A stretch of DNA of 64,000 nt from Chthoniobacteraceae bacterium. Its GTDB lineage: Bacteria; Verrucomicrobiota; Verrucomicrobiia; Chthoniobacterales; Chthoniobacteraceae. The stretch lies in contig JBBCKI010000031.1 of the NCBI GenBank assembly GCA_037190965.1, forward strand, positions 36,339 to 100,338, in the 5' to 3' direction. Position 1 is the stretch's first letter. Every line of letters begins with the position of its first letter. The translations under genes were made by a program, and so were the position numbers. This document shows, piece by piece, positions 1 through 10,257 of the stretch. The notes under the pieces are model-generated. The model did not search any database and had not been told where the DNA came from. It worked only from the letters and a program-made list of their open reading frames with translations.

Positions 1-93
1 GGCTGCCTGTGCCGGGATGCAACCCTGATGAAGCCACGGAAGCCGAACCCCGCGCTCGACGGCGCGAGCGGGCTACCGGTGCTGCCGCACCAT
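1..93 (-). repeat. Family-1 GTAG-REP/REPIN-like element, copy A (cut by window edge)
   Basis: Reverse complement reads ATGGTGCGGCAGCACCGGTAGCCCGCTCGCGCCGTCGAGCGCGGG...CCGTGGCTTC...GCATCCC, matching the copies at 45933, 51873 and 58173. Confidence 0.85.
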
Positions 94-100
94 GCCGCGA

Positions 101-562
101 TCAACGTCGGAGGTCGGGTGAAACGGAATCTGAAGTCGACGCAAGTTGACGACGCGACCGATACCTCGAAAGCAGGAATACCAGAACCGCTCCGGTCAAT
201 GCTCCGCAAAAGTCCGCCAGCCAATCGCCAAAATCCGCACCGCTTCGTCCAGGCGTGAAAAGCTGATGGATCTCGTCGCCCCATCCAAACAAGGCCAGGG
301 AAAGAACGCTAGCGAACAGGACTTTCCCCCACGCCCAGGGCATGGTTCCACGAACCGCCATCGTCAGAAGAATCGATCCTGGAAAAAACAATGAATAGTG
401 AACCACCTTATCAAATCCCTTGAAGAAATGAGGAGCCGACGCCAACTTGCTTGCGCTTAAAGAGGACAGAAAACAGACGAATATTACCCAGGAGAAAAAT
501 CCGCCCCACAAAGCAATCGTTGTTCGCGTCATCGGATAGAACTGAGGCATTCTACAGGCCAT
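101..562 (-). CDS. VanZ family membrane protein
   Basis: Motifs DKVVH and DEIHQLFTPGRSGADFGDWLAD; hydrophobic helices. True start may be the ATG near 532. Confidence 0.8.
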   Translation of the reverse strand: MACRMPQFYPMTRTTIALWGGFFSWVIFVCFLSSLSASKLASAPHFFKGFDKVVHYSLFFPGSILLTMAVRGTMPWAWGKVLFASVLSLALFGWGDEIHQLFTPGRSGADFGDWLADFCGALTGAVLVFLLSRYRSRRQLASTSDSVSPDLRR

Positions 563-792
563 GGGGATCCAATATAAAGCTAAAGCGGCAGCATCATCGG
601 AGGGACTCTTTTAGTCAACTCAGATGTCGACTTCGATCGCGAGGCCGGTGATTCCCCCCCTCCTTGGCGACCCAGTAAAGCAGCAGATAGCCGTTCCCTA
701 TCGTCTAAACTATTTTATGATCGACGATTTGAAGACCGGGCCACTAAAACGACAAAGAACCATCAACTGCCGTTTCTACATTTAATAATACC

Positions 793-1305
793 ATGGGCTC
801 TATCGGATTACGGATCTTTTCATCCATCTTTATCCTCATCGGAGGCGCTGTTTTGTTTTTCGGAGTCAAGTCACTGGTGACGGCAAAGGCGAGCGAAACC
901 TGGCCAACGGTTCAGGGCAAGGTGGTTTCATCCTCTGTTGACTCGAAACAGGGCGATAAGGGGGGCACCACTTACCATGCCGAGGTTCTGTATGAGTATA
1001 CCGTCGCGGGTCAACTCCAGTCATCCAATAATATCGCCTTCGGCAGTTATGGATCGAGCGATCCATCGCGCGCGAGGGGAACCGTCAACAAGTATCCGGC
1101 GGGCTCGGCGGTGACGGTTCATTACTCGCCGACCAACCCGGGAAAAAGCGTTCTTGAAGCAGGAATTAGCGGAAAGACCTTTTTCCTGCCTGCTTTTGGA
1201 ACCGTTTTCTTTAGCGTGGGTTTGTGGGTGTTCATCTACATGCCGGGCATCATTGCGCGACAGCGTGCTGCAAGCAACGGCCAGAATCCAAGTTTTACTA
1301 ACTAG
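793..1305 (+). CDS. DUF3592 family membrane protein
   Basis: N- and C-terminal TM helices around WPTVQGKVVSS...YEYTVAG...VTVHYSPTNPGKSVLE. Confidence 0.8.
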   Translation: MGSIGLRIFSSIFILIGGAVLFFGVKSLVTAKASETWPTVQGKVVSSSVDSKQGDKGGTTYHAEVLYEYTVAGQLQSSNNIAFGSYGSSDPSRARGTVNKYPAGSAVTVHYSPTNPGKSVLEAGISGKTFFLPAFGTVFFSVGLWVFIYMPGIIARQRAASNGQNPSFTN

Positions 1306-1389
1306 TGTAGTAAAAGATCAGTTCGTCCCAGGAAACGCCCACAGGCACGAGTTGTCGAGAAGAAGAAATTGAGGGCCTTTGGGCATCAA

Positions 1390-1471
1390 CGGCGTCGTGG
1401 AGCTCCGCCCTCCGTCAGAAGAGATGCGCGACGGAAATCCTCCCGGCGGAGGGCGGAGCTCCGCGACGCCG
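1390..1471. repeat. Family-2 inverted-repeat (REPIN-like) element
   Basis: 25-bp arms at 1390-1414 and 1447-1471 (CGGCGTCGYGGAGCTCCGCCCTCCG) with one mismatch, between convergent genes. Second copy at 11070-11184. Confidence 0.8.
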
Positions 1472-1569
1472 CACCCGTTGCGGCCGAAGGCTTACTCTCT
1501 TTCCTCTATTGATGACCCTCGATTTATCGATGAACTAAGCTTTCACCACAGTAGCCAAACTCCCGAAGC

Positions 1570-2727
1570 TTAACTTTTCGGCACCAGCGACACGATCTCA
1601 ATCCTCTGCAGAATCACTCCCCGGCGGCGCTGGGCGATCCCCACGCTCATATCGACGCGGGCGTCCTTTTTTGCCTGAACGAGCAGTTTCTCGGCATCGG
1701 CAACGCTTCGAATGGCATAGTTGCCGATCTGGAAGATGACAACGCCGCGGCGCAGGCCGCTCTCTTCGGCCACGCTGCCCGGCTCCACGTCGGAAACGAG
1801 CACGCCGCTCCCCGGCTCGACGCCGAAGGCTTCGCTCAGGTCCGGCGTAAGATCCTGCAAGGAAAGCCCGAACCGCTTCCGGGCCGCCGAACCAGCGAGG
1901 GTTCCCGCCTCGGGATTGAGGGCAGCCTTGCGGAACTCCTCCACTTTTTGCGCCACCACGGGGGCAGGGATGGCAAAGCCGATTCCCTGCACCGGCACCC
2001 CCCTGTCTCCATAGGCCATCTTTGCCGAGGCAACGCCGACGAGCTTGCCGGAGAGATCGATGAGGGGCCCTCCGCTGTTGCCCGGGTTAATTGCGGCATC
2101 GGTTTGCAGCAGGTTCTTCAACTCAATCTCCGCGATGGCCAGGTTCCGGTTGGCCGCGCTCAGAATCCCACGCGCCACCGAGTGGCCGTACCCCATCGGG
2201 TTGCCCACCACCAGCACCGTCTGCCCGAGCAGATTGGCCGAAACGTTCTTGAGCGAGATGAACGGGAGCGGCTTCTCACTCTCGATCTTCAAGAGCGCAA
2301 GGTCGGCCTCCGAATCCCCCGTGACATACTTCGCGTCGTAAGTCTTTCCGTCGGAGGTCGTCACCGAGATTTTAAGGTCTTCGGCCCGCTCCACGACGTG
2401 CTCGTTTGTCACGATGTAACCTGCCGGATCGACGATGAAGCCCGACCCGAGGCTTTGCACTTTCTGCCGAAGCTCGCGCGGCCTCGCCCTCGCACCGCCG
2501 AAGAACTGGTTAAAGATGTCATCGTAAGGGTCCCGGTAAGTCCGGCGAATCACCCTCTCGGTGTTGATATTGACGACTGCCGGAAGCGCCTTTCCCACGG
2601 CGATCACTGCCGGTTCGGTCGCAGGATCCTGGGTATCGCCGGCGGCGGCGCGGGCCGGGAAAGGTGCCGTGCCTATAAAGACGGCTGCCAAAAGCGATGG
2701 AAGTGCGAAAAGGAATCGTGATTTCAC
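1570..2727 (-). CDS. HtrA/DegP-family serine protease with one PDZ domain
   Basis: GSGFIVD, TNEHVV, DLALLK and QTDAAINPGNSGGPL motifs, then a C-terminal PDZ. A signal peptide follows the GTG at 2727; the longer ORF upstream is antisense to sucA. Confidence 0.9.
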   Translation of the reverse strand: MKSRFLFALPSLLAAVFIGTAPFPARAAAGDTQDPATEPAVIAVGKALPAVVNINTERVIRRTYRDPYDDIFNQFFGGARARPRELRQKVQSLGSGFIVDPAGYIVTNEHVVERAEDLKISVTTSDGKTYDAKYVTGDSEADLALLKIESEKPLPFISLKNVSANLLGQTVLVVGNPMGYGHSVARGILSAANRNLAIAEIELKNLLQTDAAINPGNSGGPLIDLSGKLVGVASAKMAYGDRGVPVQGIGFAIPAPVVAQKVEEFRKAALNPEAGTLAGSAARKRFGLSLQDLTPDLSEAFGVEPGSGVLVSDVEPGSVAEESGLRRGVVIFQIGNYAIRSVADAEKLLVQAKKDARVDMSVGIAQRRRGVILQRIEIVSLVPKS

Positions 2728-2865
2728 GCTGGATTCCGACAAAAAAGCTGGAAGGTTGCTCAAAATTTTCCGTTCCAAGTCCATTATTAGCAAAATTTGT
2801 GATCCGCTCATTTTTTCATTGGTCCTGCAAAAAACCGGCCTTACATTGCGGGCTGCCAAAGTGCC

Positions 2866-5631
2866 ATGAGAACTTCGCTGGTTAACGCCTTTAACGCCGG
2901 TTTGTTGGACGAAAATTACGAACTCTGGAAGCGCGACCCCTCGTCGGTCGACGCTGCCTGGTCCGCTTTCTTCGAAGGATTTGAACTCGGGTTTGTCCAA
3001 TCCAAAAACGGCGCTCCCCCCAAAGCCGGCGTCGCCGCCGAGCCCACCCTCACAGACGGGGAGCTCCCCCTGCAAACCCGTGTGGAAGGGCTTGTCTATG
3101 CCTACCGCACCCTGGGCCATACGATCGCGATGATCGACCCGCTCAACCCCCAGCGCCCGGAGCAGCCGCTCCTGAGCCTGCGGGAGCTTGGCTTCAGCGA
3201 AAAGGACCTCGACCTCGTCGTCTCCTCCAAGTTTTTCAAGGGCGGAGAGAAAATGTCCCTCCGGGAGATGATCGCCTCCCTTCAGGCGATCTATGCCGAC
3301 ACGATCGGCGTGGAGTTCATGCATATCCAGAACCCGTATGTGCGGAACTGGATTCGCGAGCGCATCGAATCGCGCCCGCCCGCCAGCGCCCTGCCGGTGG
3401 AAGAACAGAAGGCGGTCCTCCTCGAGCTTTTGGAAGCCGAAGCGTTTGAGCGCTTTCTGCACACCAAGTATGTCGGCCAGAAACGCTTCTCGCTGGAAGG
3501 CGGCGAGTCGCTGATGGTCATCCTCGATACCCTTTTCGAGCAGTCGCCGCAGAAAGGCGTCAAAGAGATCGTCATGGGCATGGCCCACCGGGGCCGTCTC
3601 ACGACGCTCGCCAACTTCCTCAACAAGTCGCTGAAGGTCATCTTCACGGAGTTCTCCGAGAACTACGTCCCCAATCTCGTCGGAGGTGACGGCGACGTGA
3701 AGTACCACCTCGGATACCACACCAAGCGCACCACGCGCGGGGGTGAAGAGGTCGAAATCCGTCTTGCCGCCAACCCGAGCCACCTGGAAGCGGTCAACCC
3801 GATCGTCGAAGGGACGGCCCGCGCCCGCCAGCGGATCTGGGAAGACACCGAAGAACGCTCCAAGGTGCTCCCCGTACTGGTCCACGGCGACGCCGCCTTC
3901 GCAGGTCAGGGAATGGTGGCCGAGGTTTTGAACCTCTCCCAGCTTTCCGGCTACAAGGTCGGCGGCACGGTGCACATCATCGTCAACAACCAGATCGGCT
4001 TCACCACCCTGCCCGCCGACGCGCGTTCTTCCCAGTACGCGACCGACGTGGCCAAGATGATCGAAGCGCCGATCTTCCACGTCAACGGCGACGACCCGAT
4101 CGCCGTCCGTTACGTTGCCGAACTGGCCTTCTCCTTCCGCCAGCAGTTCAAGCGCGACGTCGTCATCGACATGTACTGCTACCGGCGGCACGGGCACAAC
4201 GAGACTGAAGAGCCCGCGTTCACCCAGCCGAATCTCTACGCCAACATCGCCAAGCATCCTTCGGTGGGTAAAATCTTCACCCAGCGCCTCGTCGATTCCG
4301 GCGTGCTGACTGCCGAAGAAGCCGCCGCCCTCGATGACGAGTACGAGCGCAAGCTCGAAACGACGCTGGAAGAAGTGCGCCAGGCGGAGAAGCAGCCGCA
4401 GGAGAAAGACGCCACGAAGTTCAGCGAATCGACGGCGGTTTTCCAGCCTCCCTACTCGCATGAAACGGTCGATACGACCGTCCCCAAGGCCACGCTCGAC
4501 CAGATCGTGCGGGTTCTCACCAACGTCCCCGAAGGGTTCAACGTTCTCCCGAAGGTCAAGCGCACGGTGCTCGACCGCCGCGCCAACGCCCACGCCAACA
4601 ACGGCCCTTACGACTGGTCGTTCGCGGAGGCGCTCGCCTTCGGATCGCTCCTGCTCGAAGGCACCCCTGTCCGGCTCTCCGGTCAGGACAGCCGACGCGG
4701 CACGTTCACCCAGCGCCAGTCGGTCATCTACGACGCGCAGACTCGCGAACGTTACATCCCGCTGCAAAAGCTCTCCGATTCGCAGGCCCGCTTCTGCGTC
4801 TACAACTCGTTCCTCTCTGAGGCGGCAGTGCTTGGGTTCGACTACGGATACTCGCTGCACTACCCCTCCATGCTCTGCATGTGGGAAGCGCAGTTCGGCG
4901 ATTTCGCCAACGGCGCGCAGGTGATCATCGACCAGTTCATCAGCTCGGCGGAGTCCAAGTGGCAGCGCCCCAGCGGCATCGTCCTCCTCCTGCCTCACGG
5001 CTACGAAGGGCAGGGGCCGGAACACTCCAGCGCCCGCCTGGAACGCTTCCTCCAGCTCTGCGCCGAAGACAATATCCAGGTCGGCAACCTCACCACTCCG
5101 GCCCAGTATTTCCACGCCCTGCGCCGCCAGATGAAGCGCGACTTCCGTAAACCGCTCATCCTGATGACCCCCAAGAGCCTGCTGCGCGCGGAATTCTGCA
5201 CGTCGAAGCTGGAAGACTTCACGGAAGGCCGGTTCCACGAGATCCTGCCCGGGCCGGTTATCGGCAAAGCGGCCGAGGTCAAGCGCGTCATCTTCTGCTC
5301 CGGCAAGGTCTACTACGATCTGCTCGCCGCACAGACCGCCGGGAACCGGACCGACACGGCGATCATCCGCATCGAGCAGCTTTATCCGCTCAACGAAGCG
5401 GCCATCAAAGAGGCGCTTGCCGGGTTCACCAAGGCGAAGAAATTCGTCTGGGCCCAGGAAGAGCCGCAGAACATGGGCTCCTGGAGCTTCATCGAACCTC
5501 GCCTGCGCGCCCTGCTCGGCACCGACATCGTTTACGCCGGACGCGGCGAGGGCGCGAGCCCGGCCGTCGGCGCGATGTCCATCCACAAGATCGAACAGAA
5601 GCAACTCGTCGATGACGCGTTCGCTCTGTAA
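2866..5631 (+). CDS. sucA: 2-oxoglutarate dehydrogenase E1
   Basis: [27 protein letters not shown] and [24 protein letters not shown] motifs. Confidence 0.97.
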   Translation: MRTSLVNAFNAGLLDENYELWKRDPSSVDAAWSAFFEGFELGFVQSKNGAPPKAGVAAEPTLTDGELPLQTRVEGLVYAYRTLGHTIAMIDPLNPQRPEQPLLSLRELGFSEKDLDLVVSSKFFKGGEKMSLREMIASLQAIYADTIGVEFMHIQNPYVRNWIRERIESRPPASALPVEEQKAVLLELLEAEAFERFLHTKYVGQKRFSLEGGESLMVILDTLFEQSPQKGVKEIVMGMAHRGRLTTLANFLNKSLKVIFTEFSENYVPNLVGGDGDVKYHLGYHTKRTTRGGEEVEIRLAANPSHLEAVNPIVEGTARARQRIWEDTEERSKVLPVLVHGDAAFAGQGMVAEVLNLSQLSGYKVGGTVHIIVNNQIGFTTLPADARSSQYATDVAKMIEAPIFHVNGDDPIAVRYVAELAFSFRQQFKRDVVIDMYCYRRHGHNETEEPAFTQPNLYANIAKHPSVGKIFTQRLVDSGVLTAEEAAALDDEYERKLETTLEEVRQAEKQPQEKDATKFSESTAVFQPPYSHETVDTTVPKATLDQIVRVLTNVPEGFNVLPKVKRTVLDRRANAHANNGPYDWSFAEALAFGSLLLEGTPVRLSGQDSRRGTFTQRQSVIYDAQTRERYIPLQKLSDSQARFCVYNSFLSEAAVLGFDYGYSLHYPSMLCMWEAQFGDFANGAQVIIDQFISSAESKWQRPSGIVLLLPHGYEGQGPEHSSARLERFLQLCAEDNIQVGNLTTPAQYFHALRRQMKRDFRKPLILMTPKSLLRAEFCTSKLEDFTEGRFHEILPGPVIGKAAEVKRVIFCSGKVYYDLLAAQTAGNRTDTAIIRIEQLYPLNEAAIKEALAGFTKAKKFVWAQEEPQNMGSWSFIEPRLRALLGTDIVYAGRGEGASPAVGAMSIHKIEQKQLVDDAFAL

Positions 5632-5675
5632 GTCAGGCCTCCTTTTTTACCCCACCTTTTAGCAAACCACCCCAC

Positions 5676-6803
5676 ATGAGCATCGAAGTCAAAATCCCCG
5701 CGGTTGGTGAATCGATCACCAGCGGCCTGATCTCCACCTGGCACAAGAAGGACGGAGAAACGGTCGCCGCCGGCGACGCCCTTCTCACGCTGGAAACCGA
5801 CAAAGTCTCCACTGAGATCACCGCCGAACAAGCCGGGGTGCTCAAGATTCTCGTCCCCGAGGGCGAAGAGGTCAAAATCGGCACCGTTGTCGCCACGCTG
5901 GAAGAAAGCGGCGCTGCCGCTGCTCCGGCCCCTGCGGCCCCGGCCCCCACCACTCCCAAGGCAGAAGCCGCTCCGGCTCCTGTGGTGGAAACAAAGCCCG
6001 CTCCCGTCGCCGCTCCGGCGGCTCCCGCGCCTGTCGTCTCCAAGCCGGTCGAAACGGCCCCGGAAGCCCAGCCCTTGGCTCCGGTCGCTGCCGGTACGCC
6101 CGACAGCCGCACCACCCGCAAGAAGATGTCACCGCTGCGCCGCAAGATCGCCGCGCAACTCGTCATGGCCCAGCAGAACGCCGCCATGCTCACAACCTTC
6201 AATGAGTGCGACATGAGCGCGACGATGGATCTCCGCTCCCGGATGCAGGAGTCCTTCACCAAGGAATACGGAGTCAAACTCGGCTTCATGTCGTTCTTCA
6301 TCAAGGCGACCGTCAAGGCGCTCAAGGCCGTCCCCGGTATTAATAGCCGCATTGACGGCGACGACCTGATCACCAACCACTTCTACGACATCGGTGTCGC
6401 CGTCGGCACCGAGCGCGGGCTCATCGTCCCGGTCATCCGCGATGCCGATCAGAAGAACTTCGCCGAGATCGAAAAGGACATCATCGCCTACGCCGGGAAA
6501 GCCCGCGAAGGGAAGATCAAGGTGGAAGACCTGCAAGGCGGCGTTTTCACCATCTCCAACGGCGGCGTCTACGGCTCGCTCCTGAGCACCCCGATCCTTA
6601 ATCCGCCACAAAGCGGTATCCTCGGTCTGCACAAGATCCAGGAACGCCCGATCGCGATCAAGGGGCAGGTGGTCATCCGCCCGATGATGAACCTCGCGCT
6701 CAGCTACGACCACCGCGTCGTGGACGGCAAAGAAGCGGTGACGTTCCTCATCAAGCTGAAGGAATGCATCGAAGACCCGATGCGCCTCCTGCTCGATCTG
6801 TAG
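5676..6803 (+). CDS. sucB: 2-oxoglutarate dehydrogenase E2 (dihydrolipoyl succinyltransferase)
   Basis: Lipoyl motif ETDKV, Ala/Pro linker, catalytic SYDHRVVDG; directly follows sucA. Confidence 0.96.
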   Translation: MSIEVKIPAVGESITSGLISTWHKKDGETVAAGDALLTLETDKVSTEITAEQAGVLKILVPEGEEVKIGTVVATLEESGAAAAPAPAAPAPTTPKAEAAPAPVVETKPAPVAAPAAPAPVVSKPVETAPEAQPLAPVAAGTPDSRTTRKKMSPLRRKIAAQLVMAQQNAAMLTTFNECDMSATMDLRSRMQESFTKEYGVKLGFMSFFIKATVKALKAVPGINSRIDGDDLITNHFYDIGVAVGTERGLIVPVIRDADQKNFAEIEKDIIAYAGKAREGKIKVEDLQGGVFTISNGGVYGSLLSTPILNPPQSGILGLHKIQERPIAIKGQVVIRPMMNLALSYDHRVVDGKEAVTFLIKLKECIEDPMRLLLDL

Positions 6804-6853
6804 GAGTAATTTCTGTTTGCGGCGTGTCTAGGGACACGCATCACGAGGGATTT

Positions 6854-6954
6854 CAGCCCGGAGGGCTGGTGGAAATTAGCCGGGGGTGAAGCAAAGCGGA
6901 ACCCCCGGAATCTCATCATAAAACCATCTCCACCCTGGAAGGGTGGTGGAAATC
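6854..6954. repeat. Family-3 triple-hairpin intergenic element
   Basis: Hairpins CAGCCC-GGA-GGGCTG, CCGGGGGT-GAAGCAAAGCGGA-ACCCCCGG and CCACCCT-GGA-AGGGTGG. Homologous to 40533-40640. Confidence 0.7.
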
Positions 6955-7058
6955 GTCGCTCGTGGTCTCTTCTCTCGCGATCCGCAACGACTTTTGCTCT
7001 GTAACTTAAGCATCCATTCCGCTTGGCTTTGGGAGCGCAGGCATGTATCACGCCTGCC

Positions 7059-8750
7059 ATGGCTATCCCCCGCGCGTTTCGATGGACCTCGACCCCGCTG
7101 ATGCTGCTCGCAATGGCGGCATGTCAGAAGAACCCTTCCTCCAGTTCCACCTCATCCACCCCTTCCACCCCGCAACAGCAGGCTGCGTCCAAAAAGATAA
7201 TTTCGGCGGAACCGACCAGCTTTGACGCCATCGCGCGGCATCTCGACCCAGGCGGCGGCTTCTATTTCTTCCTTTCCACCGAGAACTTCCTCAAAGCCGC
7301 CTCAACCAAACTGGCCCAATTGCAGCCGCTTCTCCTCGGCAGCATGCCATCCGAAAACCGGGCGAAGGCCACGGAAGCCTGGGATTACGCTAGCCGGATC
7401 GCCAGCCAGAGCGGGCTCAACGAAATCAGCGGCTTTGGAATCAGCTCCATCGCGGTGGAGCCCGGCTATTACCAGACGAAGTGGATGCTCCACCACTACG
7501 AAGGGAATGGGAACGGCGTTCTCTGGAAGCTCAATGGCAATGCTTCCGACGCCCTGGAGATTATCTCCTATCTGCCCGAACGCACCGCCCTGGCGAGCAG
7601 CGGCGATTTTTCGCTCCAGCCGGTGTGGAACCTCCTCAACAAAGAAGCGGCAACGAAGCCCGAACTGCGCCAGGGGATCGACCTGTTCGCCCGGCAGCTT
7701 GAAGCCAACGCCGGCCTGAAGCTGGTCGACCTGATCGCTTCCGTCGGCCCCCGCTACGCCGTCGTCGTCACGCTGGACGAAAGCCGCCAGGCCACCCTCC
7801 CTTCCGCTCCCGGCAGAAAACCCCTCACCGTCCCCGAACCGGGGCTGGCCATCCTCATCCAGGTGAAAGACCCCGCGCTGCTGGGCCGCGTGGAGCAGGA
7901 GCTTGCCAAAATCCCGGGCATCGTGATCGCCGACGACGGCGACCTGAAGCTGAGGAGCATCCCCGTTCCGGTTCCCTTGCCCTTCCTGCGCCCCGCGGTG
8001 GCCTGGCAGAAAGACACCCTCGTCCTGAGCAGCAACGAAGCGTTGATCCGCGAGATGTTTGAAGTGAAAGCGGGCAAAAAGCCGGGCCTCGCCGCTTCCG
8101 AGAACTTCAAAAAACTGACCGCCGACCTGCCTGCGCCGGCCTGCCAGTTCCAGGTGATCGCCCCGATCTTCCAAAAAACGCTCCTGGATATCCAGATCGC
8201 TGCGGCACAACAACCCAACACCCCTCCCGAAGCCCAGCGGTTCCTGGAGTTTTTCGCCTCCTCGTCGGCGGCAAACTGGGCGTGCAGCGTCGTCCAAGAC
8301 ACCCCCGAAGGGTGGATTGGCTTTAGCCGCGGCGCAACCGGGCCGACCCAAATCGCCGGCATCGGCTCGGTAGCTCCCGCCGCCATTCTGGCGGGCATCG
8401 CAACCCCGGCTTTCATCAGCGTGAGGGAAAGAGGCAAGCAAACAAAGAGCCTCTCCCGCGCCAAGCAGATTTACCTTGGCTGCAGACTGTATGCGGGCGA
8501 TCACGACGGGAATTTCCCCGCCACTCTGGACGAACTGGTGCCTCAATACCTCCCCAACAAGAGCATCCTGACGGATCCGATGGCCCCCGATGCCGAGGGC
8601 GTCGGCTATCATTATTTTGGCGGCAAAGACACCGACGCGCCCAACAAGGTGCTGCTGGTCAGCAAGGCCGCCGGGAAGAATAATACGCGGGTCGTCATCA
8701 CCTGCGACGGCGCGGGCAGAATCAAGCCAGCAACGGAGAATGGCTTGTAG
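7059..8750 (+). CDS. Predicted lipoprotein with a C-terminal PVC-type pilin-like domain
   Basis: Lipobox LAMAAC and a Ser/Thr linker. The C-terminal AAILAGIATPAFISVRERGKQTKSLSRAKQIYLGCRLYAGDHDGNFP resembles a pilin alpha-1 helix. Confidence 0.7.
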   Translation: MAIPRAFRWTSTPLMLLAMAACQKNPSSSSTSSTPSTPQQQAASKKIISAEPTSFDAIARHLDPGGGFYFFLSTENFLKAASTKLAQLQPLLLGSMPSENRAKATEAWDYASRIASQSGLNEISGFGISSIAVEPGYYQTKWMLHHYEGNGNGVLWKLNGNASDALEIISYLPERTALASSGDFSLQPVWNLLNKEAATKPELRQGIDLFARQLEANAGLKLVDLIASVGPRYAVVVTLDESRQATLPSAPGRKPLTVPEPGLAILIQVKDPALLGRVEQELAKIPGIVIADDGDLKLRSIPVPVPLPFLRPAVAWQKDTLVLSSNEALIREMFEVKAGKKPGLAASENFKKLTADLPAPACQFQVIAPIFQKTLLDIQIAAAQQPNTPPEAQRFLEFFASSSAANWACSVVQDTPEGWIGFSRGATGPTQIAGIGSVAPAAILAGIATPAFISVRERGKQTKSLSRAKQIYLGCRLYAGDHDGNFPATLDELVPQYLPNKSILTDPMAPDAEGVGYHYFGGKDTDAPNKVLLVSKAAGKNNTRVVITCDGAGRIKPATENGL

Positions 8751-8835
8751 AGCGGTCTCGTCTTCCTGTGGGTAAGTTCGGGTTGGCGCCGCAATCGGAC
8801 TGGCACCCGCCTTCAGTTGCGGTTACAGATAGCCA

Positions 8836-9267
8836 ATGACTCGAATCCTCGGCATTGACGTGGGTGAAGCGCGCATCGGTCTGGCCCTTTCGGACGATCT
8901 CGGGATGCTCGCGCACCCGCTGGAGACCATCCTCGTCAAAGAGGGGAAACCGCTGCAACGCGTGGCGGAGGTCGTTCGCCGGGAGAAGGTCGCCACGGTG
9001 GTGATCGGCCTACCGCGCAACATGAATGGCACTTACGGCCCGGCGGCGGAAAAGACGAGGGAGTTCGCCAAAAAACTCCAGGCGCTCGCCCCGTGCACCG
9101 TCAAGTTCTGGGATGAGCGGCTCACCACCGTCGCCGCGCAGAAGTCGCTCCACCAGGCAGGCAAAAACGTGAAACAAAGCCGGCAGGTGATCGACCAGGT
9201 CGCCGCGCAGTTGATCCTGCAAGGCTACCTCGACTCCCAGGCGTTGCTCGACCCGATGGCGGAATAA
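8836..9267 (+). CDS. ruvX: Pre-16S rRNA nuclease / Holliday junction resolvase-like RuvX (YqgF)
   Basis: ILGIDVGEARIGLALSD, VIGLPRNMNG, DERLTT and IDQVAAQLILQGYLD motifs. Confidence 0.93.
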   Translation: MTRILGIDVGEARIGLALSDDLGMLAHPLETILVKEGKPLQRVAEVVRREKVATVVIGLPRNMNGTYGPAAEKTREFAKKLQALAPCTVKFWDERLTTVAAQKSLHQAGKNVKQSRQVIDQVAAQLILQGYLDSQALLDPMAE

Positions 9268-9326
9268 CGGCCTTTCTCGTCAATCTCCAGAACGAACATT
9301 GGAGGCCTTACTCACGTCAGGGAGCC

Positions 9327-9951
9327 TCACTGAAGGTAGGGTGGTCCAGGGACTTCGCTCGGACTCACGAAATTAGAGGCTTCACCGTCGTCCGGGAGCT
9401 TCACTGCAGACACCGGTGGTCCGGGGACTGGCGGTCTCACTAAAATCGCGTCCTGATCGACGGTGAACTGCACCCCCGCCAATTGGCCCACATAGCGCAG
9501 CGCGTCCCAGCTGGGGACATCGTTGAGACGGAGCGTCACCAGCGCGGAGCGATTGACGTCGGCTTGCAACACAAAGCTCAACTTCAACCCACCGTCCGAC
9601 GCTTTAATGATCTGTTGGCGAAGGTATTCGAGGGCGGAATCGAGCGTCGCCTCCCGGATCTCCACCTGCGGCTTTCAGCTTTCTCAATTGCACTATCGTT
9701 TTAGCCGCCGGCGTAACTTCAGCCGCCGCGATCATTGCGAGATATTTCTGCGCCATGGCGCTCTTGGAATGCTCGTCGAGAAGCAACTCGAACTTCGCCC
9801 TCGCCGACTCGTAATCGCCGGCTAAATAATCGTTTTGAGCATCGCGGGCGAACGATTCTGGCCCCCGCGCGAAGAGGATCGGAATGGACGAGATGACAAA
9901 CAGAACAGGCAGGAGACGCTTAGCCGCTGCGCTAATGAAATCTTTCATCAT
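9327..9951 (-). pseudogene. Frameshifted paralogue of the TPR + secretin-N-like protein at 11229-11804
   Basis: ORFs 9604-9951 and 9327-9665 align in order with the intact paralogue. ATCCTG is replaced by AAAG at about 9672-9675 (net loss of 2 nt). Confidence 0.8.
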
Positions 9952-10040
9952 AGAGAACTTGAAATTCTACCGCATCGACGCGGATATCCTATTTGATGCG
10001 CCTCCAGAGATCAAACCGGAAACCACCCTGCGGCACGAGC

Positions 10041-10068
10041 TTGGCAAGAGACCGTTTTGGAGTAGAGT
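10041..10068 (+). promoter_or_regulatory. Putative sigma70-like promoter, duplicate of the one upstream of the COG0523 GTPase
   Basis: TTGGCA-N16-TAGAGT here versus TTGGCA-N16-TAAAGT at 15163-15190. The boxes are conserved while the spacer has diverged. Confidence 0.45.
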
Positions 10069-10094
10069 GTTCCCCTGTTTTAACGACCCATCCG

Positions 10095-10234
10095 ATGACT
10101 CGAAAACCGTGCATTTCCGTCGCCATTCTGACCGGCTTCCTTAACGCCGGGAGAAAATCGCCACGGTCGTCATCGACCTGCCGCCCAACATGAATGGCAC
10201 GTACCGCCCGGCAGCGAAGAAGACCCGGGAATTT
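10095..10234 (+). pseudogene. Chimeric remnant: 5' end of the COG0523 GTPase joined to an internal ruvX fragment
   Basis: 10095-10150 encodes MTRKPCISVAILTGFLNAG (compare [19 protein letters not shown] at 15220). 10145-10234 encodes RREKIATVVIDLPPNMNGTYRPAAKKTREF (compare ruvX 8977-9066). Confidence 0.85.
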
Positions 10235-10257
10235 ACACTTCAGGGGCCATTGTCGGA

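Noticed and set aside
2728..5604. 1344-aa minus-strand ORF extending HtrA
   Set aside because: The N-terminal ~950 aa is the antisense shadow of sucA; the signal peptide and protease motifs begin near 2727.
9666..9680. Programmed frameshift in the TPR paralogue
   Set aside because: CTG AAA G CCG is not a recognised slippery heptamer, and the duplication context favours decay. A sequencing error cannot be excluded.
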